From Cladosporium halotolerans (taxonomy: Eukaryota), in contig NW_027191459.1 in assembly GCF_011745625.1 (NCBI RefSeq), forward strand, positions 496,001 through 560,000: a stretch of DNA of 64,000 nucleotides. Reading direction: 5' to 3'. The position numbers were made by a program, and so were the translations under genes. Positions 11,083-21,898 of the stretch are shown piece by piece. The notes below the pieces were generated by a model that saw only the letters and a program-made list of their open reading frames with translations, did no database searches and was not told where the DNA came from. Within the stretch, counting starts at the first letter, position 1, and each line of letters opens with the position of its first letter.

Positions 11083-12390
11083 ATGCGTGGCCGGCTGTTA
11101 CCACTCGCTTTAATAGCCGGCTTCAGCACTCTCATCGCATTTTTCCTTATCCAAGGCATACCCGGGACTTCGACACCGCAAGCATTAGGATTAGGAGGGG
11201 CTTCTGGTCCTTCAAAGGAGGAGATAGCCAGCGGCAAGAACATCATACCAGACCTTCGAGCGTCTCCGCCAGATTCCGCCAAACTTCTTAAACCAGAGGA
11301 CCTCAGCGTACCTGGCGCGCATCTCGAGTCGCCGTATCCTGAGGGACAAACGAAACCGCCGGGGAGCGAGTACACGAGAACATTGGTATTGGCTAGCACA
11401 AGATTGGAGAATACATCATGGGTCGAAGAACAATTGGCAGATATGCTAGCGCCCAGTGGCCCGTTGAGCCATGCCATATATGTGGTTGACGACAAGACAG
11501 CGCCGCTGCACCCTCCTAAGAACAAGGGACACGAAGCTATGGTATACTTGAGCTACATCATTGATTCGTACGATGAATTGCCGGATGTGAGCATCTTCAT
11601 GCACGCCCATCGCTACGCATGGCACAACAATGAGCTCCTGGACACAGACGCGGTTGAGATGGTACGCAGGCTCAGTCCTGAGCGCGTCACCCGCTTAGGA
11701 TACATGAACCTGCGCTGCCATTGGGATCCTGGCTGTCCAGACTGGCTACATCCTGGTGCTATAGAGGCCAACACAGCGAAGAAGGAAGAGAACCTCATAG
11801 CAGCCGCGTGGACGCAGCTCTTCCCTCTGGACCCCATCCCCACAGTCCTCGCGCAACCATGCTGTGCTCAGTTTGCAGTGAGCCGCGAGCGTATCCTCGC
11901 GACGCCCAAGCAGCGCTACGTGTACCTACGCGACTGGATCCAGCGCACTGAGCTTAGCGACTATCTCTCTGGCCGAGTCTTTGAGTACATCTGGCAGTTC
12001 ATCTTCAGCGCCGCGCCGACGCACTGCCCATCAATGAGCGCGTGTTACTGCGATGGGTACGGTGTTTGCTTTGGCAACTACGATGTCTTCAATGACTATT
12101 TCAAGCTGCGGTACGAAATGAACGAATTCAAAGAAGAGCTCAGAGTGTGGTGGAGGAAAGCGGACGCGATCGAGCAGCTCAAGAAATATACTGCGGATGG
12201 CAAAAAATTGCCCGAAGATGCTGAGGTGGAGTTTCCTGAGTACGGGAGAGACGTTTGGCTTGAGAGAAAAATCGCGGAGATGAACGCTGAACTCAAGAAG
12301 AGGACAGCTGCTGCTATTGAGCTTGGAAAGGACCCACGACAGAGAGCTCTGGAAGCGGGTAGGCCGTGGAAAGAAGGAGATGGGTTCTGA
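11083..12390 (+). CDS. DUF3431-family protein with N-terminal signal or membrane anchor
   Basis: NKGHEAMVYLSYIID, IFMHAHRYAWHN, GYMNLRC.W.PGC, PCCAQFAVSRERI and GRVFEYIW. Single exon, 435 aa. Confidence 0.85.
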   Translation: MRGRLLPLALIAGFSTLIAFFLIQGIPGTSTPQALGLGGASGPSKEEIASGKNIIPDLRASPPDSAKLLKPEDLSVPGAHLESPYPEGQTKPPGSEYTRTLVLASTRLENTSWVEEQLADMLAPSGPLSHAIYVVDDKTAPLHPPKNKGHEAMVYLSYIIDSYDELPDVSIFMHAHRYAWHNNELLDTDAVEMVRRLSPERVTRLGYMNLRCHWDPGCPDWLHPGAIEANTAKKEENLIAAAWTQLFPLDPIPTVLAQPCCAQFAVSRERILATPKQRYVYLRDWIQRTELSDYLSGRVFEYIWQFIFSAAPTHCPSMSACYCDGYGVCFGNYDVFNDYFKLRYEMNEFKEELRVWWRKADAIEQLKKYTADGKKLPEDAEVEFPEYGRDVWLERKIAEMNAELKKRTAAAIELGKDPRQRALEAGRPWKEGDGF

Positions 12391-13291
12391 CCGTGCATTG
12401 TAGAATATTGTGAGATATGCAGCATGTAAGCAAATGATACGAGCGGTGGAATAGAGACTCGGCGATAGCAATAGGGTTGTTATCTCCGACTTCTCATCTC
12501 CGCATGCCTCGGAATGATCACTCGAATGATCAGACTTTTCATCTTCCTGTGCGCTCTTGAAGCGCTCGGCCGAGTTCGTTGTTTATGGACATTTTTGCAG
12601 CGCGGTGAGCAATCCGCCTGTGCTCCACCGAGAGCTCCACAGAGCTTGAATCAGCCCTACCGAAGCTCACGCGCTGAGGGTGAACAAGGTGAACTCCGCG
12701 TGTCCGAATAATCACTCACTCAATGCTGTTTTGCCATACAGCCACGAATGAGAAGCGTTCCTTCTCCCTCGAAAACATCAGATCCTGCTTTTGTGGCGCT
12801 TAGGGCTGACATTCACCGTATCAGCTGGAGCTGACAAGCTCGAGGGGCTGATTCTGTAACATCCCCAATCTAGGCATCCTCGTGATAAACTCCTAGACGT
12901 GAGAGTTCATGTATGAATAATAAGCGAATGCAGTCACTAGGCCCTTACGAGCACGCGATCACCGGTGTCGAGAAGCAGAGAAGATGCGGCCACTCAGAAG
13001 CGTACCTAGTAGCAGTTTTCGCGGTCTCGCGTTCTCGGCTTCGGGCCTATCGGGTTTACGGACGTCCGAGGATGCGCGGGATAAACTCATTTCATGGACG
13101 CATCATCGTACCTTTCACTTATAACGGCTGGCCGTTCTTGGATAATCAGATCTTTCATCAACAGGGTTCCGCCCGATTTTGTCGCTCCAAGTGCTAACTG
13201 CGCGTCCTGCACAAAAGCGGTGTACGACCTCACTTCCCCGTCCGCGTCCCATAACAGACCCTCTTGGCAAGGCTTGGCCCCCTCGCGCGTC

Positions 13292-14900
13292 ATGGCCGTG
13301 ACAGAGACAACCCATCAACAATCGCCGGAGCTGCATCCCGACGAACTCAAGCCTTCAGATGACGTGTCCTCCAGCGCGACTGGCCACGATGAGCCCTACG
13401 AAAAGACCGCAGAGGCAGAGGCCGGGCTCTCGCAACCAAAGCCTCCCGCTGGACCTCCGGGAGGTCCTCCACCGAATGGAGGATTGACGGCATGGTTGCA
13501 GGTCTTGGGAGGCTTCTTCCTGTTCTTCAATACTTGGGTACGTATTAGCTTTCGTCATTTTGTCGACGAGCGTGCATTTTGTTGTCCTTGTAATATTGCA
13601 TATTAGGTGACGACAACTCACGGGTTGCGAGCTTTGTGCTAACGCCTATCGCAGGGAATCCTGAACACGTTCGGCGTTTTCCAAACATATTATGAGTCTG
13701 GCGAGCTGTTTCGGGAGACCTCATCAAATATCTCATGGATTGGATCTGTACAGTAAGCTACTATCAACACCTCCCTGCGGCCGTCTTGAACATATCTAAT
13801 CCCATTCCTAGATCAGTATGCGTTCTTTTCGTCGGCTCCGCTACCGGGCCCGTATTCGACCGCGGACACCTTCGACTGCTGCTCCTTATCGGTAGTTTCG
13901 GTGTTGTCTTCGGCTTCATGATGTTGAGTCTGTGCAAGGAATTCTGGCAAGCCATGCTTGCCCAAGGCTTTTGCATTGGCTTGGGTGGCGGCATGCTTTT
14001 CGTGCCATCGGTCGCCATCATGCCGACGTATTTCAACACTCGGCTTGGCCTCGCAATCGGTCTCGCAGCATCCGGCAGCAGCATGGGAGGTGAGTCAAGG
14101 CCCAGCGGCAACGGATTGAGCATCGGCTGACCCTTCCAGGTATTATCTACCCCATCGTGTTCTACCGTCTGCTTCCGCAGATTGGCTTCGGTTGGGCCGT
14201 TCGAGTCCTCGGCTTCATGGCGTTGGCCACGCTGCTGATTCCCATCTCCGTGATGAAGATGCGTGTCCAGCCGCCTAAGGCTCGTTCGCTTTTGGACACC
14301 ACCGTCTTTACTGACTACACGTTCATCCTCTTCGTTGCTGGCGCCATGATAGGTTTCATCGGTCTCTACGTGGAGCTCTTCTATATTTCCTTCTTTGGGG
14401 AAGCGACAGGCTACACGGATTCCTCGATGTCATTCTATCTGGTTCCAATTCTCAACGCCGGATCCGTCTTTGGTCGTACATTGCCAAATATGCTTTCCGA
14501 CAAGATCGGACCGATCAACGTGATCATCCCTGGTGCCGTCATTTGCTCTATCCTGGTCTTCTGCAATATGGCCGTGGACAGCCTCGGTGGCATTGTGGTC
14601 CAAGCTCTGCTCTTCGGTTTCTTTTCAGGAATCTTCATTGCATTGCCTCCGGTCTGTTTCTTCAGCCTCACGGCAGACAAAACAAAGCTAGGAACCCGTC
14701 TGGGAATGGGTTTTGCGGTCATCGCTCTCGGCGTCCTTGCTGGTGGTCCAGGTGGTGGTGCTATTCTTCAGAGCGATCCTAGCAACCTTGACTGGAAGGG
14801 AACATGGGCTTACAGCGGAGCAACTCTGATTGCAGCTGGCGCGATCTTCTTCATCGTGCGATTCTTGAAGGTTGGAGCGAAGGTGGTCACAAAAGTTTGA
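13292..14900 (+). CDS. MFS monocarboxylate-porter family transporter (Mch4/Mch5-like)
   Basis: PPNGGLTAWLQVLGGFFLFFNTW|GILNTFGVFQTYY, ISWIGS, GPVFDRG, LAIGLAASGSSMGG, NAGSVFGR and GTRLGMG. Three introns near 13540, 13755 and 14090. Confidence 0.9.
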
Positions 14901-15548
14901 GAAAATTCAATGCGGGCTGGGTTTTTACTATTGTTCTGATACAATAATCACATTGTCTATACCCGCTTGGCATAGCATATCAGGCGCTTGGGCTAGAATA
15001 AATCGCTCCACTCTCTTCTTAAGTCAATAGATTTACATAGTATCGAAATAAGGTCCCACTGAATCCGTACCCGTCCATGATGCCATCATTTTTGACTCGC
15101 GCCCTGTAAGCTCTCCGAGCCTGAGCGCAAGCAGATGCTGGCCATGTGAATGGCCACCCAGGCGCGATTGTGCAGACATCGAAGTCGGCGCAGTATCCCT
15201 CCTGACAATGTTGCTGATGAGAACCTGTGAGGAGATGGTGCGTTCAATGGGAGAACTCTCCTTCGCCTCAAGTTGCCCTTGGATGGTGGTTGCAACTGGC
15301 ATTCACATGCTTGCGTAGCTCCGTTGCACATTTCACATGCAGATCTCACGTGACGAGCAGAGGCCTCTAAATTCTCCGCTCAATTTGGCCGAGTATTCAC
15401 ATCAACTCTTCTACCCGCGTGAATTCTTGTGCGCTTCCGCCGCATCTGCTCAAACATCTTCCGAACCGCCTGGCCCTTCCTACACCTGGCAAACATCCCT
15501 GGTATACCCAACAACTACCACTTCCCATAACCCCAAATCCCGACGACC

Positions 15549-16113
15549 ATGCCACCCAAGGCAACCTCAAACACGCTCTCCGACCGTGAGGTCAAGCTTC
15601 TGCGCAACATGACTCGCTGCTTGAAATCCAAGCCAGACGTAGGCACGGCTCTCTCAGTCAGTACAGATCACTGCTGACGAGAAACCAGATCGATATGGAG
15701 AAGTTCAGCACCATGTCCGGCTTTGGCAGCGTGTCTAGCGCTCGCTCCAACATCTCCCGCCTTTTGGCCAAGCTTGCGGGCAGTCAGCTTTCTCGCAGCA
15801 CAGCGTCTCCGACTAAAGGCGCCGAGGAGGCTACTACTGATCCTGATGCTGCGGTCGCTGGCAAGAAGAAGGGAGGTGGCCGTAAGCGCAAGACTGGTGA
15901 GTCTGAAGCTTCGTCTTGGGATATTCTGATTCTGTGCTAATGCGTCAAGACTCGGTCGCCGACGATGAGGACGCCACTACCGCGAGCCCGGTGAAGAAGA
16001 AGGCCAGCCCGATCAAGCGTAAGGGCGAAAAAACTCCCGAGGTCGAAGGAGAAGAAGAAGACAGTGAAGAGCCGCTGCTCAAGGATGAAGAAGGCGTCGA
16101 CGAGGATGTCTGA
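15549..16113 (+). CDS. Small Lys/acid-rich probable nuclear protein with a short N-terminal helical (Myb-like?) domain; paralog 1
   Basis: Exons 15549-15638, 15689-15896 and 15950-16113 give MPPKATSNTLSDREVKLLRNMTRCLKSKPD|IDMEKFSTMSGFGSVSSARSNISRLLAKL...GRKRKT|DSVADDED...SPVKKK. Canonical splice sites. Confidence 0.7.
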
Positions 16114-16225
16114 ATCGACTGAAACCGGCTGATGCATCTTTACGGTGATCCTTGCAACAACCAATTCCAACCAGGAAATGGTGTTATTTCCGTTTCCTAG
16201 TCCGTGACGAGAACATGGGCTAGCA

Positions 16226-16843
16226 TTACTTCATGAAATCCATGAAATCCAATCCGAATCCTGAGCTTTTCGATGCCTCTGGTTTCTTGTTCGCCAGCAA
16301 CGCTTGCAGACTAGAATTCTTGCCTCGAGCCTTCCTTCTTCCGGGAGCTTTTGCTTGAGTCGGCTCGGGCGTTTGCCCTTTGGACAGGGGCGGTGTCACT
16401 TCTTGAGTTGGCTGCGTAACTGGCGTCGGCGCTTGATTCGCTTTTGCTTCTGCTTTTGACAGAATCGCAAGTCCAGGATCTTTTCTGGGAGCAACCGGTT
16501 TCGGACGCGCTGTCTTTGGCCTTTTTGCGTGCTGTATGGTATTTTCGGTGCCACATGCTGAACATTTTACACACTTCGTGGTTATGCGTGCGGCGCTGAT
16601 ACGGTCCTTTCGTGTTTGTCTATGTTCTGCCGTTTTGACTGGCTCACATGACCACCCAACGAGTAGGTGCCGAGCACATGCGGTGCAGTCATTATACGGA
16701 TTTTCCGTTTCTGTTCGTGGCAACTGAGACCAATCTCTCGTGGCCGCTCTGATGTACGCAGAGACAGAAGGAGATGACACCGCTAACGTGTCCGACGCTT
16801 TTGCCAAAAAGCGCAGACGAGTGTCAGTCTCTGTTGAGGTCAT
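16226..16843 (-). CDS. Rpr2/Rpp21/Snm1-family zinc-ribbon subunit of RNase P/MRP (probable)
   Basis: N-terminal RLRFLAKAS..LA..SP, CxxC (CTAC) and second CxxC (CSACG), basic C-terminal tail ending LDFMDFMK. Confidence 0.6.
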   Translation of the reverse strand: MTSTETDTRLRFLAKASDTLAVSSPSVSAYIRAATRDWSQLPRTETENPYNDCTACARHLLVGWSCEPVKTAEHRQTRKDRISAARITTKCVKCSACGTENTIQHAKRPKTARPKPVAPRKDPGLAILSKAEAKANQAPTPVTQPTQEVTPPLSKGQTPEPTQAKAPGRRKARGKNSSLQALLANKKPEASKSSGFGLDFMDFMK

Positions 16844-17082
16844 ATTCGATTTCTACAGCAATAGCCGCGCTGCAGTGTCACATGAATGCGATTATCTTAG
16901 GACATAGAAATGTTCACTTCAAACTTGAGGTCATGTGAGAGCGCGACGCGGGGGTTTCCGCTTGGCGCGACTTTCTTGATATCAGACGCCGTGCTTTCGC
17001 GGAATCTTAGCTCACAAACGATGTAGTTTCTCACGCTTCCGCGTATCTTTTGGAGGATACGCTGCTCTCCAAACCACCGGTC

Positions 17083-18855
17083 ATGGCGACGACAAATGTC
17101 GAGCTCAAGGAAGAAGACGGCGTTCGGCTAGCAATTGAAGGCTGCGGCCACGGCACGCTGCACGCCATTTACGCCTCGATCGAACTGGCCTGCAAGGTCA
17201 AGGGATGGCCAGGAGTCGATCTGCTGATCATCGGTGGTGACTTTCAGTCTGTCCGCAATGCCTACGATCTCAACTGCGTGGCCATGCCCGCCAAATACCG
17301 CGAAATGTGCGACTTCCACGAATACTACTCTGGCGCGAGAGAGGCGCCGTACCTCACGGTCTTCGTTGGCGGCAACCACGAGGCCAGTAACTATTTATTC
17401 GAGCTCTACTACGGAGGATGGGTTGCGAAAAACATTTACTACATGGGTGCTGCGAACGTGGTGAGACTAGGGCCGCTGAGGATTGCTGGGTTGAGTGGCA
17501 TTTGGAAAGCGTACAACTACCGAAAGCCGCACTATGAGCGACTCCCGTACAACGAGAGCGACATCAAGAGCATATACCACGTCAGGGAGATCGACGTGCG
17601 GAAATTGCAGCAGGTGCGTACGCAAGTGGACATTGGAATCAGTCATGACTGGCCGCGAGGCGTTGAGTGGAAGGGCGATTGGAAGCAGCTGTTCAGGCGG
17701 AAACGACATCTAGAAGAAGACGCAAGGAGCAATCAATTGGGCAGCGTCGCAGCGAAGCTGGTCGTGGAACGCCTGAAGCCAAGATGGTGGTTCAGCGCGC
17801 ATCTTCATTGCAAGTTCTCTGGTATCATCGACTACGCCGAAGATGGCTCCATCATTAATGGGGATGACCCAAGACATCAGCCAACAGCTGCCAGCATGCC
17901 TCCAACACCAGCACCGAGGAACGAAGACGAGATTGATCTGGATCTCGACGACGATGAACCCCAGAACCCGACAACGCTTCCTAGCGCAAATGGAGCCTCG
18001 AGCGCTGTTCCAAAGAACGCAGATGAGATTGATCTCGAGCTGGAAGATGACGACGATGCTGGTCAAGCGCCTGTGGCTCCTGGACAGGGTCTCGATGGTG
18101 TCAAAGTGCCGGTTCCCGATGATCAACCACAGCAGACCAACTCAGCGCACGCTAATCTGCTGGAATCCGCGCGATCAGCCTTGCCTGATTCTTTCAGACG
18201 CCCACAGCCTCACGACTCTGCTGTTACAAAAACACCACCCGGCATCACGAACCGCACCACAGAGTTCCTCGCTCTCGACAAATGCACTCCCGACCGGGAC
18301 TTCCTCCAACTGATGTCCATCCCCTGTACTAACGACAGCCAACTCTCCCGCCCGCTCCAGCTGGAGCATGACAAAGAATGGCTTGCCATCACCCGCGCCT
18401 TCGCGCTGCACGAACCGCTCCTCCTCGGCGAGCCCAAATTCAACACTCCGCAAGCAAAATCCCCAAGCGAGTATGCTGCTCTGATTGACGAATCTCTCGC
18501 CTGGATCGACAGCGCCAACATCGACTTGCGCATCCCCCACGACTTCCAACAGACCGCGCCGGTGTACGACGGTCAGGATTTCCGGGCGCCCCAGTATCAG
18601 CGCGACGCCGGCGGGCTGAAGGAGTACACGAACCTGCAGACGGCCAGATTTTGTAAGTTGCTTGAGATTCCCAATCCGTTTGATATTTCAGAGAACGAGC
18701 GTGTTGCGAGGATGCAGGCTGGGCCTGGGCCGGATGAAAATGAGCGCTCGGGCCGAGGTGGAAGAGGTCGTGGTGGCTTTGGTGGAGGGCGAGGACGCGG
18801 GAGAGGAGGTGGGCGTGGTGGGTTCAGAGGCCGCGGCGGCTCCAGAGGCCGGTGA
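17083..18855 (+). CDS. DBR1: RNA lariat debranching enzyme
   Basis: EGCGHG, GGDFQ, GGNHE, LSGI, SIYHVRE, SHDWP, WFSAHLH and FLALDKC metallophosphoesterase motifs; C-terminal RGG tail. Confidence 0.95.
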   Translation: MATTNVELKEEDGVRLAIEGCGHGTLHAIYASIELACKVKGWPGVDLLIIGGDFQSVRNAYDLNCVAMPAKYREMCDFHEYYSGAREAPYLTVFVGGNHEASNYLFELYYGGWVAKNIYYMGAANVVRLGPLRIAGLSGIWKAYNYRKPHYERLPYNESDIKSIYHVREIDVRKLQQVRTQVDIGISHDWPRGVEWKGDWKQLFRRKRHLEEDARSNQLGSVAAKLVVERLKPRWWFSAHLHCKFSGIIDYAEDGSIINGDDPRHQPTAASMPPTPAPRNEDEIDLDLDDDEPQNPTTLPSANGASSAVPKNADEIDLELEDDDDAGQAPVAPGQGLDGVKVPVPDDQPQQTNSAHANLLESARSALPDSFRRPQPHDSAVTKTPPGITNRTTEFLALDKCTPDRDFLQLMSIPCTNDSQLSRPLQLEHDKEWLAITRAFALHEPLLLGEPKFNTPQAKSPSEYAALIDESLAWIDSANIDLRIPHDFQQTAPVYDGQDFRAPQYQRDAGGLKEYTNLQTARFCKLLEIPNPFDISENERVARMQAGPGPDENERSGRGGRGRGGFGGGRGRGRGGGRGGFRGRGGSRGR

Positions 18856-19133
18856 TGTTTGCGGAAGCATTTCGGACCTTAGGCAGCGACTTCTGAGTCC
18901 TGTGGCAGAATCTACTTCGGAAAAACATGGCATGACGATGTCAAAGGTACACAGTAGGTTCGATTTTCTAGCAAACTGTCTACCGGAAAATCGGAAATTT
19001 CAAGACCCTCAATCACCTTGACAAACGTCTGGCATTGCGGCGGCACCCAATACCAGTCATTGTCGCGCAGCTGATCCTCCGACCCGCTTCCCAATCTTCA
19101 AAGCAATCAAGGTCTGGCTAGAATCGCTAGATC

Positions 19134-19918
19134 TCAATTGGTGGTCGGATCAATCTCCGGAAGGCATGCCGCAAGAATGTCGCCGCTCGCATCTTGCTCG
19201 TCGCTGGGCTCGACCTCTGGCTCCTGCTTGACTTTGGCCTTGCTTGACTTCTTGTCTTTCTTGGGCTTCTTGACTGGAGTCTCAGCCGGGCTGACGGCGT
19301 CTGCTTCGTTGTCGCTGGCTGCTCATGGGTTCGTTAGCTGGGTCGAAATTTTGATGTGGCGAATGAAGATGGACATACCAGCCGACCTCTTGCGCTTGCC
19401 AGGCGTACCTTTGGCCGGGCTCTTGATCGGAGACGGAGACTCGCCAGTTGCATTGTTGCCGGTCGCGATGAGCTTGTTGCGGACAATGGTCCACTGGTCG
19501 CGGGCGTACTTGGAAGTCTTGAAGTTCGCGACGCGCGCGACTTCCTCCCAGTTGGTCTACAAGAGTAACGTCAGCAGCTGCGACGAATGAGTATGGTTGC
19601 GCGCTCAACTCACAGTTGCCTTCATGACCTCGACGGTCGATTTAAGCAGAGCGACCTGGCGCTCGGACAGATCGATCGGCTGGCCGTTGGGCGTGGCGAC
19701 GAGCTTGTTCTTCACGATGGTGTACTGGTCGCGAGCATACTTGGCCGTTGGGAAGTCGGCTTTGGTGGCAATAGCAGACCAGTCCGGTTTCTGTGAGGAA
19801 AGTCAGAGATGTGAGCGTCGGAGCGCGAGGGGAGGGCGGTGCCAACTTCAGTCTTGGAGACCTCGACATAGGCTCTGAGGAGGTCTTGGTGCTTGGCACC
19901 CAATGCTACGGAAGGCAT
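19134..19918 (-). CDS. Small basic protein with two tandem copies of the short helical domain; paralog 2
   Basis: Four exons give MPSVALGAKHQDLLRAYVEVSKTE|TDWSAIATKADFPTAKYARDQYTIVKNKLVA...LSERQVALLKSTVEVMKAT|TNWEEVARVANFKTSKYARDQWTIVRNKLIA...PGKRKRSA|ASDNEADAVSPAETPVKKPKK...PTTN*. Introns are GT..AG with CTRAC branch points. Confidence 0.7.
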
Positions 19919-20445
19919 TGCGCGTTTTGATGTTTGATGGGTGCAGGTTGTTATAGGTTGGAATTTATTTGGTGTGAGAAGAGTTGGAAGTGGGTTGAAG
20001 AAGGGAAGATCAGAGCTTGTGCGAGTCGGGAAGATAAAGGCCGTAGGGGCGGGCGTAGTCACATGCACACATTCACGCCTTGGAGCTGCTATGCGATCAC
20101 TCCCACCCACCTTGCGTTCACCTCGAGCTGGCCGTTTCCCGGCTTTCAGCTGCCCGGAGACCTCCCGATTCTTTCACTGCTGGACCCGAAAGCGATCTCG
20201 TGGCGCAATCATCACACCGCTCAGCTCATTCTAACCCGATACTCACTTCTCAGTGACTAAATCTGCTCGGTCGCAAAAGTCACAAGCCCGAGCCCCAAAC
20301 CGGCTTTCACTTCCACCCACCCCACCCGCTCGCCCTCCGCACCTTTCCCAAACGAAAACCACAGCAACCAACCAACCAACCCACTTCAACTCCCCACCCA
20401 ACCCACCCCAACCAACCCTCAACCTCCCACCTCCAACAACCCAAA

Positions 20446-20959
20446 ATGACGACCCTCAACCTCACCCCCGGCGAAACGCAACTCATAACCATCGCCTTCC
20501 GCAGCCTGAAAGCCAAGCCCGACATCGACTACGACCTCTTCGCCTCCCTCGCCAACCTCAAAGGCGCCAAGTCCGCGCGCGACACCTTCCACCCGCTCTA
20601 CAAGAAATTGCTCGCGGCTGCGGACGGTGGGACGCCGGCTTCGCCGGCTGGGAAGAAGAAGGCGACCACGCCGAAGAAGCGTAAGGGTGCTGCTGGTGAG
20701 TGCTTTGTTTCGTTTTGTTTTGAGAGTTGGGCTGGGCTTTGCTGATGCAGGTGCTTGGTTAGGTGCGAGCGATGATGATGAGGCGGAGATAGAGGCTTCG
20801 CCGAAGAAGAAGGTGGCGGGTACGCCGAAGAAGGGAAAGGGCAAGGGGAAGAAGGAGGTTGTTGACGAAAATGTTGCTGTCGACGGAGAGGGAGAGGGAG
20901 AGGATGTTGAGGAGAAGATCAAGGTCAAGGCCGAAGAGGTCGAGGACAACGAGGAGTAA
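20446..20959 (+). CDS. Small Lys/acid-rich probable nuclear protein; paralog 3
   Basis: MTTLNLTPGETQLITIAFRSLKAKPDIDYDLFASLANLKGAKSARDTFHPLYKKL...TPKKRKGAA, an intron from about 20696 (GTGAGT), then the acidic/basic exon ASDDDEAEIEASPKKK...EDNEE*. Confidence 0.7.
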
Positions 20960-21898
20960 TTGCTCTCCTCGGAGTTGGGAAGGCGCTTGATGGTCCGGTG
21001 CATGGATGTTTCCGGTTTGAGCAAGTCGATCGTTTCGTCGTTGTGTTTGCGTACAGTAAGCATGGCGTTCATTAGAATCACAGGAGCTACACAGAAACAC
21101 CACAGTTGAGCCTCCAAATCATCGACAAATTCCTCCCACTTTCTCCTGTCACTACTCTCACAACCTCAACATGTCCGGTCACGACATCCTCGACCATCAT
21201 CAAACGCGCCTCGATCGACAATCGATACCGCCTAGTCCGACAATCCACTAGCTCCCCTTGTATCCGAGCAATCAGGGCATCGCCAGTCACGTAAAGATCC
21301 ATAGGCGTCGAACATATGAAAGCAGCAGCAGCAAGTGAAGTTGAAAGCTGACGTGCAAACCGCGATAATGGGTATTGACGTCGTCAAATCTTGACAAAAC
21401 ACTAGCGCCTTTTGGATTTCAGCCAATCAGAAGCCGGAATCTCCTTTCCACCTTCCACGCAAACGCGTCTTCCCATCAAGCAACACAAACCAGGAACACA
21501 TCAGCGAAACAAGAGCGCACACTAGCGAAGGAAAGTGTAGAGAGTAGAATGCTCAAACATCAACTCAAATTCTCTAATAATCCAGACCTTCAATCAATCT
21601 ATTAGCCTGCTTTTCCCGCTCGCTAGGTATCCTCGCATCACAAGAAAAACCAAGAAAAAGAAAAAGCCCCTCCCCTAAGGGAAGCGGCTAAGAAGTCTGT
21701 GTACCCGTGGTATCATCGCTTGTGAAACAGCATCTTCGTCTCTGTGTAGTTTTTCTTTCTGTATGATATGCGGCCCGGAGGGGATGGACTCCGACTCCGG
21801 GCGTATTAATCAAAACATTACACAAAGGGAGGGAAAGGGAAAGGGAGAAAGACCGCAAAGGGTCGGATGCGGTGTGTATGTCGCTGAGGAAGACGCGG

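Noticed and set aside
20300..20445. C/A-rich low-complexity tracts here and upstream of SmF (56800-56930)
   Set aside because: There is no periodic unit, and they look like ordinary CA-rich fungal 5' leaders.
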